This document shows positions 11,454 through 23,902 of a DNA stretch of 64,000 bases, in pieces. The notes beneath the pieces are model-generated. The model was not told the DNA's origin and searched no databases. It worked only from the letters and a program-made list of their open reading frames with translations. Each line of letters opens with the position of its first letter. The first letter of the stretch is position 1. The DNA is from Azolla caroliniana (Eukaryota; Plantae; Polypodiophyta), in the NCBI GenBank assembly GCA_043228905.1, contig JBHGNT010000011.1, positions 17,050,001 through 17,114,000 of the forward strand. The letters are read 5' to 3'. The translations under genes were made by a program, and so were the position numbers.

Positions 11454-13755
11454 CATTTGCCAATTTAATTTCATATATTGTTCTACCAATTTGTAGGGTG
11501 CCCACCTACTCCTCCTCAATTGAGAAGGATCCATATGCATTCCTTGGTTAAATGTCTAAGTCTATATGGTGCCCACACGCACGCGCGCGTGTGTGTATCC
11601 ATGCATGCTGCAACTATTGGATTGATAACTATTGATCATGGTTATGATAGTTTCATATTTTCTAGTGCCATCCTAACAAGAAAAGGAGGTATTATGGTCA
11701 TATGCATCAAAATACTTCATTTTAATTTCAACGAAAGCTAGAAAAATATAATGATTGCAAAATGAGATTAAATGTATGAATGAAATCTCCCTCTTACGAT
11801 AGTGTCATTGTATTCCGAAAATAAAAGAGTTTGCATGGATTCATATTAGGGTCTACTCAATCTTCATAATTAGAAGATGATGTTTTAGTGACATCCACTA
11901 AATGGTTTAAAGGAAGCTTATACGTGGAATGAATTTAGTGATACATCCATGTATGTTGGAGAGAAATTGCCAATGCCTAATGTAGCAATCAAATGTTTTA
12001 ATCATTATAGAAGCGATGAACCTACACGAAAGGAAATCAATCCAAGTACTCCACAAATGCAAACTCGAAATGAATATGAAGATATGAAGAGAGAACATAA
12101 AAGAGGTAGAGGAAGGTTAATAACAAGGCCCAATCAAACAACCTTTAATGTTGCATACACGAGTCATTAAAATGTTTTAATTATTTGAATCATGTAGCAC
12201 TCTATGAGAGGTGAGAGAATTGTGATATGGTATGTGATAGTGGTTGTTGCAGTAATGTCTTTAAAATTAAATATTATTTCAATGATTTACATGTGCCAAA
12301 AATGTGAGAACATGTTGCTACAAGTTGAATACACAACACACCAACAATATAACAATGAACTTAATATTGTGCCACAGATACTTGAACAATGTGACAAGGT
12401 AACATTTACTTCAAAAGGTTGGTATTGAGGAAGCTTGAATCTCAAGCTATGTTTACTACTCTTGAAAATAAAACCATTGCCTAAATCCAATTCGATATTT
12501 AGCTTAAGAGAATTGCACAAATCAATGGTCAAAAGTTTAAGTGAGTTAGAAGTAAGAATCTAGTGTGCGGGCCACTAGAATTTAAGAGCGGTTAACTTAC
12601 TCATTTGTTTGAAGTGTGTCAATTTGAAAACAAATTAAAAATATATATGAGAATATCGTACATGTAGATGTATATGGGGGTCTCCATGAGACAACTCTCC
12701 CTCTAATGGATATTATGTAACATTTATAGGTAGTTTTTTAAGAAATATATGGTATATTCTATGTATTTTGCTAGTTTTCAGAACCTCGAAAACAAGGTTC
12801 AAATGAGAGTAATCGATGAGAGCAAATAAAGGAGGAGGATATTTGTTTCATGTCGATATAACCTACAACAAAGTGGGGTTGCAAAAAGAAAGAGCAATCA
12901 TATAGCATACGTAGCTTGAGCTATGCTATATGAAATGAATGTACCATTATAGTCTTGGGTTGATGCAATAGAGACTTTCATGTATATTATGAACAATGAA
13001 GTATCATAGATTAAGCGTACAATCAATAGCGCCAGTAGAAACGTGGAGTGAGTGAACACCAAATATGTCACATGTAAAGATATTTGGACAATTAGGACCA
13101 ATGTCCTGAAAATGTATCTTTGTCACTATGTTGAACAAAAAGATTATAGGTGTTATAATCTAGTATAAAAGGAGATGTGATATTTGACGAGTTGATTCAA
13201 TGGTATGGAAAGTCTAGCTTCTCTCGGATTGAAAGGATTGAAGAAAATGAGTAACACAAGGATAATAAAGATAGGGATAAGCCCCCAATATCTATTATTA
13301 CACCCGATGAATAAGTAAATATGTTCCCAAAGAGACACTGAAGCATGATAACAAAAAGCTAAAGTAAACCAAAAACCAAAAAGAGGTTCAACTATTTAGA
13401 AGTTTCATAGCCTCTTTATTATAGGGAACCATCACAAGATCTTACATATTTTATGTTGTGAATGTTTTAGCATAACCTATACAATCATCTACATATATGC
13501 ACCTCGATGCAATAAGAAAAAGTATTGCGATATCTCAAGGGGACAAAAAAGCAAAGTTAATTTTATGAGTATTAGAAAGATTTAATACTTAAAGGTTACG
13601 ACAATGCAAGATTTTCAGCTTCAAGAAGTGATTGAAGAACCACATCATGATATATGTTTCCACTAAACACGAAAGTTATTTCTCATAGTTTAGAACACAA
13701 CCAATAAGGACACTTTCCTCTATAGAAGCATGTAGGGCTCTAGTTAAAACAACTT

Positions 13756-14016
13756 GTGAACCAATATGACTTTAAAAAGCTACTAAAATATGTACATATA
13801 GACCATTCACTTATAAGTTTATATGGTGACAATAAGTCAAGCATTTACCTAGCCAACAATTTAGTATTTCATACTAAGACAAAACACATAGAAATCCACT
13901 ATTATAACGTCAAAGAGAATGTTTTGAAGAGTGAAATTGATATAAACCATGACAAGACATATTTACAAATTGATAGGATGTTCACAAAGCTCCTTGTCGA
14001 AAAAAAGGTTTGGTAA
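13756..14016 (+). pseudogene. Ty1/copia RNase H remnant (decayed copia sequence probably extends upstream)
   Basis: YGDNKSSIYLANNLVFHTKTKHIEIHYYNVKE...QIDRMFTKLL matches the copia RNase H motifs DN.SAI.LA.NPVFH.RTKHIEI.YHF and Q.AD.FTK.L. Confidence 0.85.
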
Positions 14017-15099
14017 GTTCGAAGATTTACTCAACACGAGAGAAATCATATAAGGACATGGATGCAGAGAGTTGGAAATATAAGGTCATTGATATACTAA
14101 ACTCCAATATGTTAAGTTTCATGCTCTCTATTTGGAATAACTTTTGAATGAAGCTTTAGAGGGGTATATTTATAAGCAATTATGTAATGTTAAAACCTAG
14201 ATTTAACTTAATCTATAGGTGAGGAAAAAGAAGAGGTAGGTAGTCACACAATGGTGATGATGCATAGCCACCTCTAGTGGTGGCTTAATAGTATGAAAGG
14301 TTCAAAGTCTAAAGATTTCAAAATATGTTTTTGTGGTGTTCATTGTTGAAATTTTGTAATGCGGACACAAACTAGTAGGAATGAAATATTAGTTATAAGC
14401 AATAACTATTAACATATAGAAAATAATGGATAAGGTGCTTAACCACACCAACACCTTTGAGCACATGACAAGAAACGAATATATAATACCATTACTATCC
14501 TATACCACACGAATAGTATCTTGTGTTATACCATGGAAGTTGAGATAAACATATCCAAAAAAGAGAATTTTGAATTACCAATCAGGTCTCAAAAGTGTCT
14601 CAAAATGCTAGTCCCCTTTATATAAAGGGTGCTAGTCACCATGTACAAGAGGGTGGCTAGTCCCCTTTATATAATAATCCAAATCATTAGGCTCCCATAT
14701 TGCCACATGTCGCATATCCAGATAGGTATGTACCAAGTCATCAGACTTAACCTTTAGAATTGGTCCTTGAAGTTATGCTTATATCATTAGGTCACTAACG
14801 TCATCTCTTTGCTTCAATTGGGCACACAATAACCTACAAGATGATGCAAACATGATAAAAAAAAGGATGGTTGTGTAAAAGATGGGGATCAAATGGTGCA
14901 TGATGAAAGCTAAATTGGAATTTTATGTAATTCGCAATTAATTATAACTGAATTCCAAGAAAAATAGTGTTTTGTTTTAATCTCCCAATATATCCTCGGA
15001 CTCGATCTTTGGTTACTTACACAACATGTGTCAATCATTAGCTTGTTTTTCAACAAGTAGCCATTCATTCCATCTATAATCAAAGGAAACTTCATGGCC

Positions 15100-15150
<51 letters not shown>

Positions 15151-15998
15151 ACGTCTTCTAAGACCAAATTTGGCCCATGAGACAATTGGTTTACAACAAA
15201 AATGGGGTATTTACCCATTTATCGAAAGTTTAGAAAAAAGAAAAAAGAACTTAAGCTAAAGAGTTATAGTAAAAAAAACATGTTCTATAAGAAAATGGCT
15301 TTATACTAGGTCTAGTTTCATTTCCATCTAAGTCTCTTGAAAAGACGCGGGAGGTCAAAGGGTTTCGATGTGGATGTGGCCCGTTGGTCCCAATGTAAGA
15401 GGTACCCCAACCATAGCTTCTAAGCGGCGTAGCTCACGTTTCCTTATCTTCTTAATTGTTTCTACTTCCACGTCGAGTTGCTTCGAAGCCCGACATCCGA
15501 GGGCGTTTGGTTGTTCTTTGCATTTCTACTTCATCAAGAGAGAGGCCCAAGTGGTGTAGGTGTAATTGTTCCCGAAAAATTACATTAGTTACATGTACAT
15601 GTTGGGTGAGAGAGAGAGAGAGAGAGTGTGTGGTGTGTGTCGGGTGCGGGGTCTAGGTCTAGCCGAGATCGAGTCGCCCTCTCTTCCACACTGCTATCGG
15701 TGTCATTCCGAGGGAAGGTTCCGAGAGATAGATAGATAGATCGAGAGATAGAGCCTGTGTCCTGTCCTGCCCTGTCCTGTCTTCCCGTGTGAAACCGAAA
15801 GTCGGTTTTAAAAGAAGAAAGTAAGATGGCAGGCTGCAGCCCAATCTGTTTCCACCTCCGTGTACATTCTTTCTGTCTTGTTTCCTGTGTTTAAATTAGG
15901 GTTTGAACCAGTCCCTTCCATATACATACATACATATATATATTCTGCTTCTCATCAATCGTCTCTCCTCGCCTGCCCGCCCGCCCGCCAGACACCAG

Positions 15999-17969
15999 GT
16001 ACACTTCCTTAACCCTTTGTTCTAATGATTCTAAATTCATTCGGTTTCCCTGCTTCCCTTCCCTTCTTTGTTTCGTTTTGTTTACTTCTCGTGATCCATG
16101 GGTTTGCTTTTCAGCGATATATAGCTTGCTTCACGTGTTTGTTTTTTTCTTGCTCCTCTCTGTATTGTATATGCATATGATCTAGGTCTATCATGCGCTT
16201 GCTTCTATCCGGATGTCTATATGATCCAGAGCTTGCTTCTGATGATTCTGGACCATTATCTCCTTTCTTGGTGTGGATCTCTTGATTTTTGACGGACTTG
16301 ATGTTTCTTCTAAAAAACTTGCTTCTTTTTTCTCCGTTTTTTGGATGGCCTGTAATGCTTCTTTGCTTTTCTTTTCAGAATTGTTTTCTTTCACAAAAGC
16401 CTTTTCTTCTTTATTTTTGCTGTAAAACTCCGTTTTGATGGAAGCAGTCATGTATGCTGTCCTGTTCTACATCTTTTTGCTTATAATTCTTTAGAGATTC
16501 AACGACTGTTACTAGAAGCAATCCTGTATTGTACCTGTTCAACTAGTATTGCTTATAATTCAATGCATTCACATTAGTGGGAATTAGAGTCTTTGAAACA
16601 TTTGTAAGCAACCTTATGCACCTAAGCATTTAAAGATTTTAAAATATAACTCATGCTTTTCAGTGCTGCAAATCACTAAGAAATTTGAAAGTTTTTAGAA
16701 TTTATCTGATGATTAGTCTCGTGACCATTTAAAAGATTCAGTCAGTCTCACGTTTAAACATGAGGTTGAAGTTTTCATATCCTGAAGGAATTCTATCATT
16801 GTTTTGAATCTTCAGTACGATGATAGTGGCACACCTCAAAGAAAGTGTTATCTCCAATTTTATATCAAGAAAAATACTGGGGTAATTTCAGTGTCAGAGA
16901 TTTTGATAATTGTTCAAAGTGGAATTGATCTTAGATAAAGAAGGAAATTAGGAGCTTTTCACATCACAGATGTTTTGAGAAGTGGCTTGTTAGCATACGA
17001 GGCTATAACTAATAAAAAATTCTAAAACGCACCACTAAGTATAGTATTCATATTGCTTGTTGTGATGGTATGATCTGAATCCTCTTTGGCTATGTTGTAA
17101 AGATTAGCTTACTAGACATAACCTATTTCCGTGAAAAAGATGTTGCGAACATTATTGAACATTCAATAATGCGAGCAGGATTTGATATGCCAGGAAAATA
17201 TCTCTTTGGGGTTTTTAAATGGACACTAGTATTTGATACAAAGTGAATTTTCCGAGGCGGATTGGAAACTTGAATCATATATCTTGCTATGGAATAGAGG
17301 GGAGTTCTTGACTCCTACCTCTAGTGATAGGATATGTCGTGGAGAAGTGAGCATCTTGTTCTTGTAGAAAGATAGTTACTATAAATAGAAGATTTGTTTT
17401 ATGGAAAGGAAATATTCTTGTATCTTTTAAAACATGGGAATGAGCCAGATGATGTGTTGAAGTAAACTCATTTGTTAAATCCTGATCTTCTAAGAGACGA
17501 GGTTTTCAGGATTCTATGGTTGCTTATATTCCTGACTGCAGTTATCTAGATAAAGAGGGATGGTTAGGATGTCCTAGTGATGTACGGTATAATAAATTGA
17601 TTCATTCAATCCAGTAGATAACTTTATAACTGACGCTTGACAATGGCTTAATAAGTGTTAGCCTACATTCCAGAGGTGTACCTCTAATTAACTCTTAACA
17701 ATGTCTTTCACTTACTTTAGGGTCTGTTTGATTATCACTTTGTACTTTATAACAATGCTTGGACTTTGCCACAATGCATTTGGCTTCCTGACAATGTATC
17801 TAGATATGCATTCATGACACAAGTGGTTTTATCTGACTGCAAGTTAAGATCAATGATTTAGTCCATACATTGCAAATTAATTCCCATGTTTGCCAAATCT
17901 TTCTGTCATTGTATAAATAGTTGCACTGGTTATCTATGACGTGTGTGCTAATTCTTTCTATATTGGCAG
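15999..17969 (+). other. Probable 5'-UTR intron of eIF5
   Basis: CAG|GTACAC donor at 15999 follows a CT-rich leader and a telo-box (tagggttt, ~15897). Pyrimidine tract and GGCAG acceptor end at 17969. Confidence 0.65.
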
Positions 17970-18003
17970 CGCTTCTGTCAAATCCTTGGAGGTATTCATT
18001 GTC

Positions 18004-18171
18004 ATGTGCAAAGATCCATATAAGTTCTGTATGCAGCCATTGAGTCTAAGTCTGAAGGGTGAAGTGTCTCCTTCGACATATCCAGTTTCGTACCATTACA
18101 GCTGGAGCACATTTCATCGTTGGTCTGGAGGACAAGGTCTTCTTCTTCTTCTAGATAAAGGACCTTTTTGA
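18004..18171 (+). CDS. Upstream ORF (55 aa) in the eIF5 leader, likely a conserved peptide uORF
   Basis: MCKDPYKFCMQPLSLSLKGEVSPSTYPVSYHYSWSTFHRWSGGQGLLLLLDKGPF* ends 44 nt before the main ATG. Plant eIF5 mRNAs are known to carry a conserved peptide uORF of about this size. Confidence 0.7.
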   Translation: MCKDPYKFCMQPLSLSLKGEVSPSTYPVSYHYSWSTFHRWSGGQGLLLLLDKGPF

Positions 18172-18215
18172 CTATATTTTGAAAGATTATCTGACTATTA
18201 GTGAGGTATTTCAAG

Positions 18216-19544
18216 ATGGCTCTTCTGAACATTGGGGCTAGCAATCGTGATGATGCCTTCTATAGATATAAAATGCCCAGAATGATTACAAAGGTTGAAG
18301 GCCGTGGCAATGGTATTAAGACCAATATTGTAAACATGGTTGATATTGCCAAAGCCTTGGCTCGGCCTCCTGCTTACATAACAAAATTTTTTGGGTGTGA
18401 GCTTGGTGCACAATCCAGATTTGAGGAGAAAACTGGCACTGCTATTGTTAATGGATCACATGAGACTGTGAAACTTTCTGGTCTCCTTGAAATATTTATC
18501 AAAAAATATGTGCAATGTTATGGATGTGGAAATCCAGAGACGGAGATATTGATCTCGAAAAGCCAGATGATATCTCTCAAATGTGCTGCGTGTGGATTTG
18601 TATCTGATGTTGACATGAGAGATAAACTGACGACATTTATTCTGAAGAATCCTCCAGAGCAGAAGAAAAAGGATAAGAAAGGTATGAGGAGAGCTGAAAA
18701 GGAGCGATTAAAAGAAGGAGAAGCAATGGACGAAGAGATTAAGAAAGGGAAGAAAGAGGCAAAACCCAAAAAGAATTCTGATGGGAATAATGGTCATGTA
18801 TCTAAGAAAGTTTCTGATCGTGATGTGGAAGAAAATTCCCCTGCCTCTAGCCAGAAGGATGATAGTGAAGAAGAGGCTGAAGCTGGTGAAGATGTTCAAT
18901 GGCAAACTGATACTTCAGCCTCTGCTGCTCAGCAACGAATGAAAGAGCAACTTACTGCTGCTACTAGTGAGCTAGTTATGCTAGACAATGCAATTGTCAA
19001 TGGTAACGATGAAAAGAAACCTAAAGCAACAATGAAGAAAATCACGGGTGGTGATGTAGCTAATCCTCCCCTACCAACAAAGGTTCCTGATGTGTATAAA
19101 GGGCTTGTAGAAGAATTTAAGAAGTGTTTAGATGATGGTGTGATTGTGAAACAACTTGTTGAGCGTGTCCATTCTATTCAATCCCAGGATTCTGATAACG
19201 AAACCATGAAGGCCTATTTTGAAGCTTTGTTTCAAGGGACTTCCCGTGGTTTAGCCAAAGAAATCCATAGGAAGAAACTGTTCTTATCTCAAGCTGTGAC
19301 AACTGATCATGCTCAAGGACTTTTACTTGGAGCTGTTGAGGCATTCTGCTCTTCTGGATCTGTGGAGCTTCAGAAGGAAATTCCTTTAGTTTTGAAAATG
19401 CTTTATGATCTTGATATCATAGAAGAGGATGCAATAGTTGCTTGGTATGATGATAATACTATTTCGAGTGGCTTTTCAGTGAAGAAGTTTGCAAAACCAT
19501 TTGTCGAGTGGCTTCAAAGCGCTGAATCTGAGGAAGATGAGTAA
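18216..19544 (+). CDS. eIF5: Eukaryotic translation initiation factor 5, intronless CDS
   Basis: [31 protein letters not shown]2-C2 zinc motif (CYGCGNPET...CAACG) and W2/AA-box C-terminus ([30 protein letters not shown]). The ATG at 18216 has a strong context (aagATGG). Confidence 0.97.
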   Translation: MALLNIGASNRDDAFYRYKMPRMITKVEGRGNGIKTNIVNMVDIAKALARPPAYITKFFGCELGAQSRFEEKTGTAIVNGSHETVKLSGLLEIFIKKYVQCYGCGNPETEILISKSQMISLKCAACGFVSDVDMRDKLTTFILKNPPEQKKKDKKGMRRAEKERLKEGEAMDEEIKKGKKEAKPKKNSDGNNGHVSKKVSDRDVEENSPASSQKDDSEEEAEAGEDVQWQTDTSASAAQQRMKEQLTAATSELVMLDNAIVNGNDEKKPKATMKKITGGDVANPPLPTKVPDVYKGLVEEFKKCLDDGVIVKQLVERVHSIQSQDSDNETMKAYFEALFQGTSRGLAKEIHRKKLFLSQAVTTDHAQGLLLGAVEAFCSSGSVELQKEIPLVLKMLYDLDIIEEDAIVAWYDDNTISSGFSVKKFAKPFVEWLQSAESEEDE

Positions 19545-21604
19545 AAATTGGAGGTGTTCTACTTTGTTTCATGAAGGTATTATGTGTGAAGTATATGTCT
19601 ATAGCTTTTCAAGGGTTGCATTCTCTTTATGGGTGGTTGACAAGGACATGATATTCCACTATTTCCATGCTCTTGTTTCCTGTACTTAATGTCCCAACTT
19701 ATTTGAGTGTATTTTTCCTTTCAAAATATAGAACTTATAAGATTTTATATGGAGTTAATTTAAGACTCTTTCCAATTTGTGAAGCTAAATCAGAATTGCT
19801 CCTCTGATTTGTAGTTTCATATAATATACTGCCTTTTTTCTAATGATTAACTTGCAGTTCTCTACTTGTAGCTCTGTTTGATGTATGTCTTTGAGGCCAT
19901 TGTTGGAGGGTTATATACATATTTGTGGCTCCACCTGATGAGAGATCAGTATCTTTGCTGTTTGTCATGGTAGAACGTTTGTAAAGATTTCGGCTGAATG
20001 TTTTTGACAGTTTTCATCAGTTTGACATGTTAGAAAGCTGAGAAATTCAATGCCATATCTTACAACTAAATGAGGTGCTCTAGAGATTATATAGAGTTTG
20101 GTTGATTTAAAAAATATCTAGAAATGAAATATATATTTTGCTATATGTACAACAAAAGTTTGAAAAAGTTTGAAATGGGTCTTCCAAAATGAGGTGAATC
20201 ATGTGATAGGAATGTGCTCTTATTGAGTTTTATTTATTTATTTATATTTTAACATTAAAGTAATAGGATGTTTTGATGCTGTGAACAAATAGATTGTGGT
20301 TAATATACTATTAAGATTCGGAGCTTGTACTAGAATCGCTGAAGTGATGCTTTCTTTTATTCAGCCAATCAAAATTCACATTCTTCATTCAGTAGTAATG
20401 AAATTTGTTCATAATAATAGTTCATAAATTCTTATAATAAATTTCCAATCCTCGATACCCTCTTTATTCAATGGTAATGCAATCAAGACATCATATGTAG
20501 TATATGAAAAGACTTGGACTTATCCCAGGCCATTTGAATTCATTGCAAATAGATTGTCATTCGAAATTTTTACGTTTGACAAAGTTTGATACACCATTTG
20601 ACAACTTCTAAATTTTTTTTATGTTTTGGTTTGTCATCATGTGTAAGTTTTGTGGCAATTGTAGCTTTTGTGTTTGCATTCGAACCACATAATCGTAACA
20701 CAATATGCAATTAAGTGCATACTAATGTGATAGCCAATGCCATACTTGATTTCCTCTAACTGCATTTCCAACAATGCTATTGCTAGTCTCCTCTCAATGA
20801 TGAAGAATAGACAACTCATAGCAACCAAACCCATATATGGGGATGTTGTTTGCTCACTATGAAGTCCAATACTCCTCTAAAATCATTGTGATACTCTATG
20901 TTCACATGATTGGCAATCAATGTTTTTGTGCACCATGATGATGAAGCCCCACAATTCGGGGAAGCTAACAACTATCTCAAGGTTTGGAGTGTGGCAACAC
21001 ACCTGTTGAATAGCTCGATTATTACTAATGTCCATATTTTTGTCTTACAATGGGCAAGGTCACGCATCGAGCAAACTCGTTGAGATACGAGTGGGTCAGC
21101 ATTGAGACGGAGCGTTTCTTTCCCAACGTGATTGCACACGTATGAGAGGAAGGCAGATAAAACAGAGGGCATGTCCCCTACCCGACAAGGGAAACGCTAA
21201 CAAACACATGTTCGGGTGATGACAACAACAGAAGGCGAGGATAGTTTCCGGAACCCTAGAGACCCGGGCTCAAGTTCCGACAACAGAAGCTTTATGGTCT
21301 CATAGGTCATATTTGATCTCGACAATGAATAGAATCTATCTATATATATATATATCACTCCTTCCTTTGTGAGACCATAATCGTTCTGATTCGTTGATCG
21401 GAAGAGTTGAAAGAGTGTGGGATTTCATTCGTTTATCATTTGGAAAACGAAGGCTTGTTGTTTATTTATTATGCTCAGTTCTTTTGTTTGTTATTTATAA
21501 ACAAAAGGTTTAGTTGTTTTATATACCAGTTCCATTGTTTGTTATCATTTCCATTTGAAGCTTCATCATCTTCTTCAAGCTTTCGATCTTCTCAGCGGAC
21601 AGCG

Positions 21605-21650
21605 ATGGTGGATGCGCAGAGAGCTCTCCTCGATGAATTGATGGGAACAG

Positions 21651-21693
<43 letters not shown>

Positions 21694-23902
21694 TGCTTAT
21701 CATTCCATTTTCGTTCTCTCTCCTGCCTCTCTGGCAGCCAGAAACCTCACAAATGAAGAGAAGAAAGGATACAGGGAGATTAAATGGGATGATAGAGATG
21801 TCTGTGGATGTTTTCTTGCTCGATTTTGTCCTCACGATCTGTTTGTCAACACCAAGAGCAATTTAGGTAAGCGATGCTCTTGCGAAAAGTGATAGTTTTG
21901 AATCTCGTCGGTCAAATCTGATTTTTTGTACGCTTTATGTTTATGCTGTTTGTATATATGTATGTATGTATGCGTATATGAGAGAAGACATTTCATTTTA
22001 CCTTACACTGTTTTTAAATTTTTTGTTTGTTCAGGTCCTTGTCCAAAGATTCATGATACTAAACTTAAAGAAAGGTAAATACTTTTATATGCATCGAATT
22101 TGATTGTTATCAATACTGCAGGACTATTTTCCCTTTGTATTTCTTTGCTTTTTGATTTAATAAGAATTAATTGAGTTTTTGTAGTTTTGAGAAGTCAAGC
22201 AGACATGATTCATATATGCCTCGATTTGAAGCGGAGCTTGCGCAATTTTGTGATAAATTGGTATGTGTTTGTGTATATTTTGCATATATTAAAGGAAGTG
22301 GATTAAAAATTCTTCAGCAGATTCTGTGAGCATGGTTTTCAATTGAATTAATTGTGAACTATTTTCTTATTTTTAACGTTTTCAGTCAATGTTATCTCGT
22401 AAACGTTTTCACAGATGTCAAAAAATTATTATTTCAACCTGAACTTAATTAATTGAAATTTCTGAAGTTATTATTTGTCAAATGAAGTGATTTCTATGAA
22501 TGACAGTTATGTGCTGAGTAAAATGGTCTAAATTGTCTCGTTACCAATTTCAAAGCTTACCTTTGGAAGTGCAGTCATCAATGCAGTTAATTTAGAACAA
22601 ATGGGATCTTTATATCCATGTTAAAATTCTAGAATACTCCTTTATGATAATACTACACAGAAACAACAATCTAACTGAGTCAAAACTCAATTACAAGAGT
22701 CTTGTTTTAGAAAGCTGTCTGCTTACTTCAATTCTTCTCGTTTCTCGTTCAGATGAGTTAATTCTGATATGGTTTACCTAATTTTACTCAAAATTAATTT
22801 GCAATTGTGTACTTTAGGATAATACATTGTAATAATTTTGCAGTGTCTCAATGTTACTTGAAATGAAGCCATTATATTATAATTGTGAATTCTAGGTGCA
22901 AGATCTTGACAGAAAACTCAGAAGAGGGCGGGAAAGGATTACTCATACTCACGATCAGGAGGCTCCTCCAATGATGCCAATGTCTACAGAGAAGTCTGAA
23001 CAGCTTTCTATCATAGAAGAGAAGATGACAAAACTTCTTCAACAAATTGAAAGCCTTGGAGAAGAAGGCAAAGTGGATGAGGCGCAAGCCCTAATGAAGA
23101 AGGTTAGAAACCTTGGTTAAGTAGATCTGGGTTTGTAGTTTGTTTTCACTTCTCTTTATTAATACTCATTGGCTCCGTTCTTGGAATCAAGGTTGAATTA
23201 TTAACTGCTGAGAAGAATGCTCTGCTTCAGCAATTGACATTTGCACCAGTACAAGAGAAAAAGATGGCCCTTTGTGAGGTTTGTGGTTCTTTTCTGGTGG
23301 CAAATGATGCTGCAGAGAGGACACAGTCGCATGTTACTGGAAAGCAACATCTGGGATACACCAAGGTTCGGGAATATGTTGCTGAATATAAGGTATTGCA
23401 GTTGCCTTTTATACAGATGAGTTAGTGAAGAAAAGATAAGTAATTGTTTGCTTACATGATTGTACTTCTTACATGTGGATCTATTACAGAAATGAATTAT
23501 CTTTCGATAGTGGTGGAATGAAGGTTTCTTGCTGACATATGAAATTTTTTGTAGGAAAAGAAAGAAAAGATTAGGGAAGAGGAAAGGCTTGCCAAAGCAA
23601 AGGATGATGAAGAAAAAAAGCGAAAACAGAGAGAGATGGAGAATTCCAAGGACAATGAAAGGGGCATGTCAAGAGAGTGTCAATCAAGGGATAAGGATTC
23701 ATATGGTCAGAGATCCAGAGAAAGAGATTATAATCGTTATGGAAGGGATAAGTATAGAGATAGGAATGGAGCAAGAGATAGGGACCATCAGCAGGATAAT
23801 AGAAGGGAGAGAGATTATGGAAGGAATCGATCTCGTACTCCGCCAAGGTCTAGTTCAGAGCATAAGACTGTCACAGTCACTGGAGCATCTGGTCTAAGAT
23901 AA
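21605..23902 (+). CDS. LUC7: LUC7-like U1 snRNP-associated splicing factor
   Basis: Exons 21605-21650, 21738-21866, 22035-22074, 22185-22260, 22896-23102, 23192-23392 and 23555-23902. Contains MVDAQRALLDELMG, zinc finger 1 (VC..FL..FCPHDLFVNTKSNLGPCPKIH), zinc finger 2 (LCEVCGSFL...SHVTGKQHLGY) and an RD/RS-rich tail. Confidence 0.95.

Noticed and set aside
21230-21285. tRNA/SINE-like segment upstream of LUC7
   Set aside because: Only a degenerate B-box-like motif, with no A box at the right spacing, tail or TSD.
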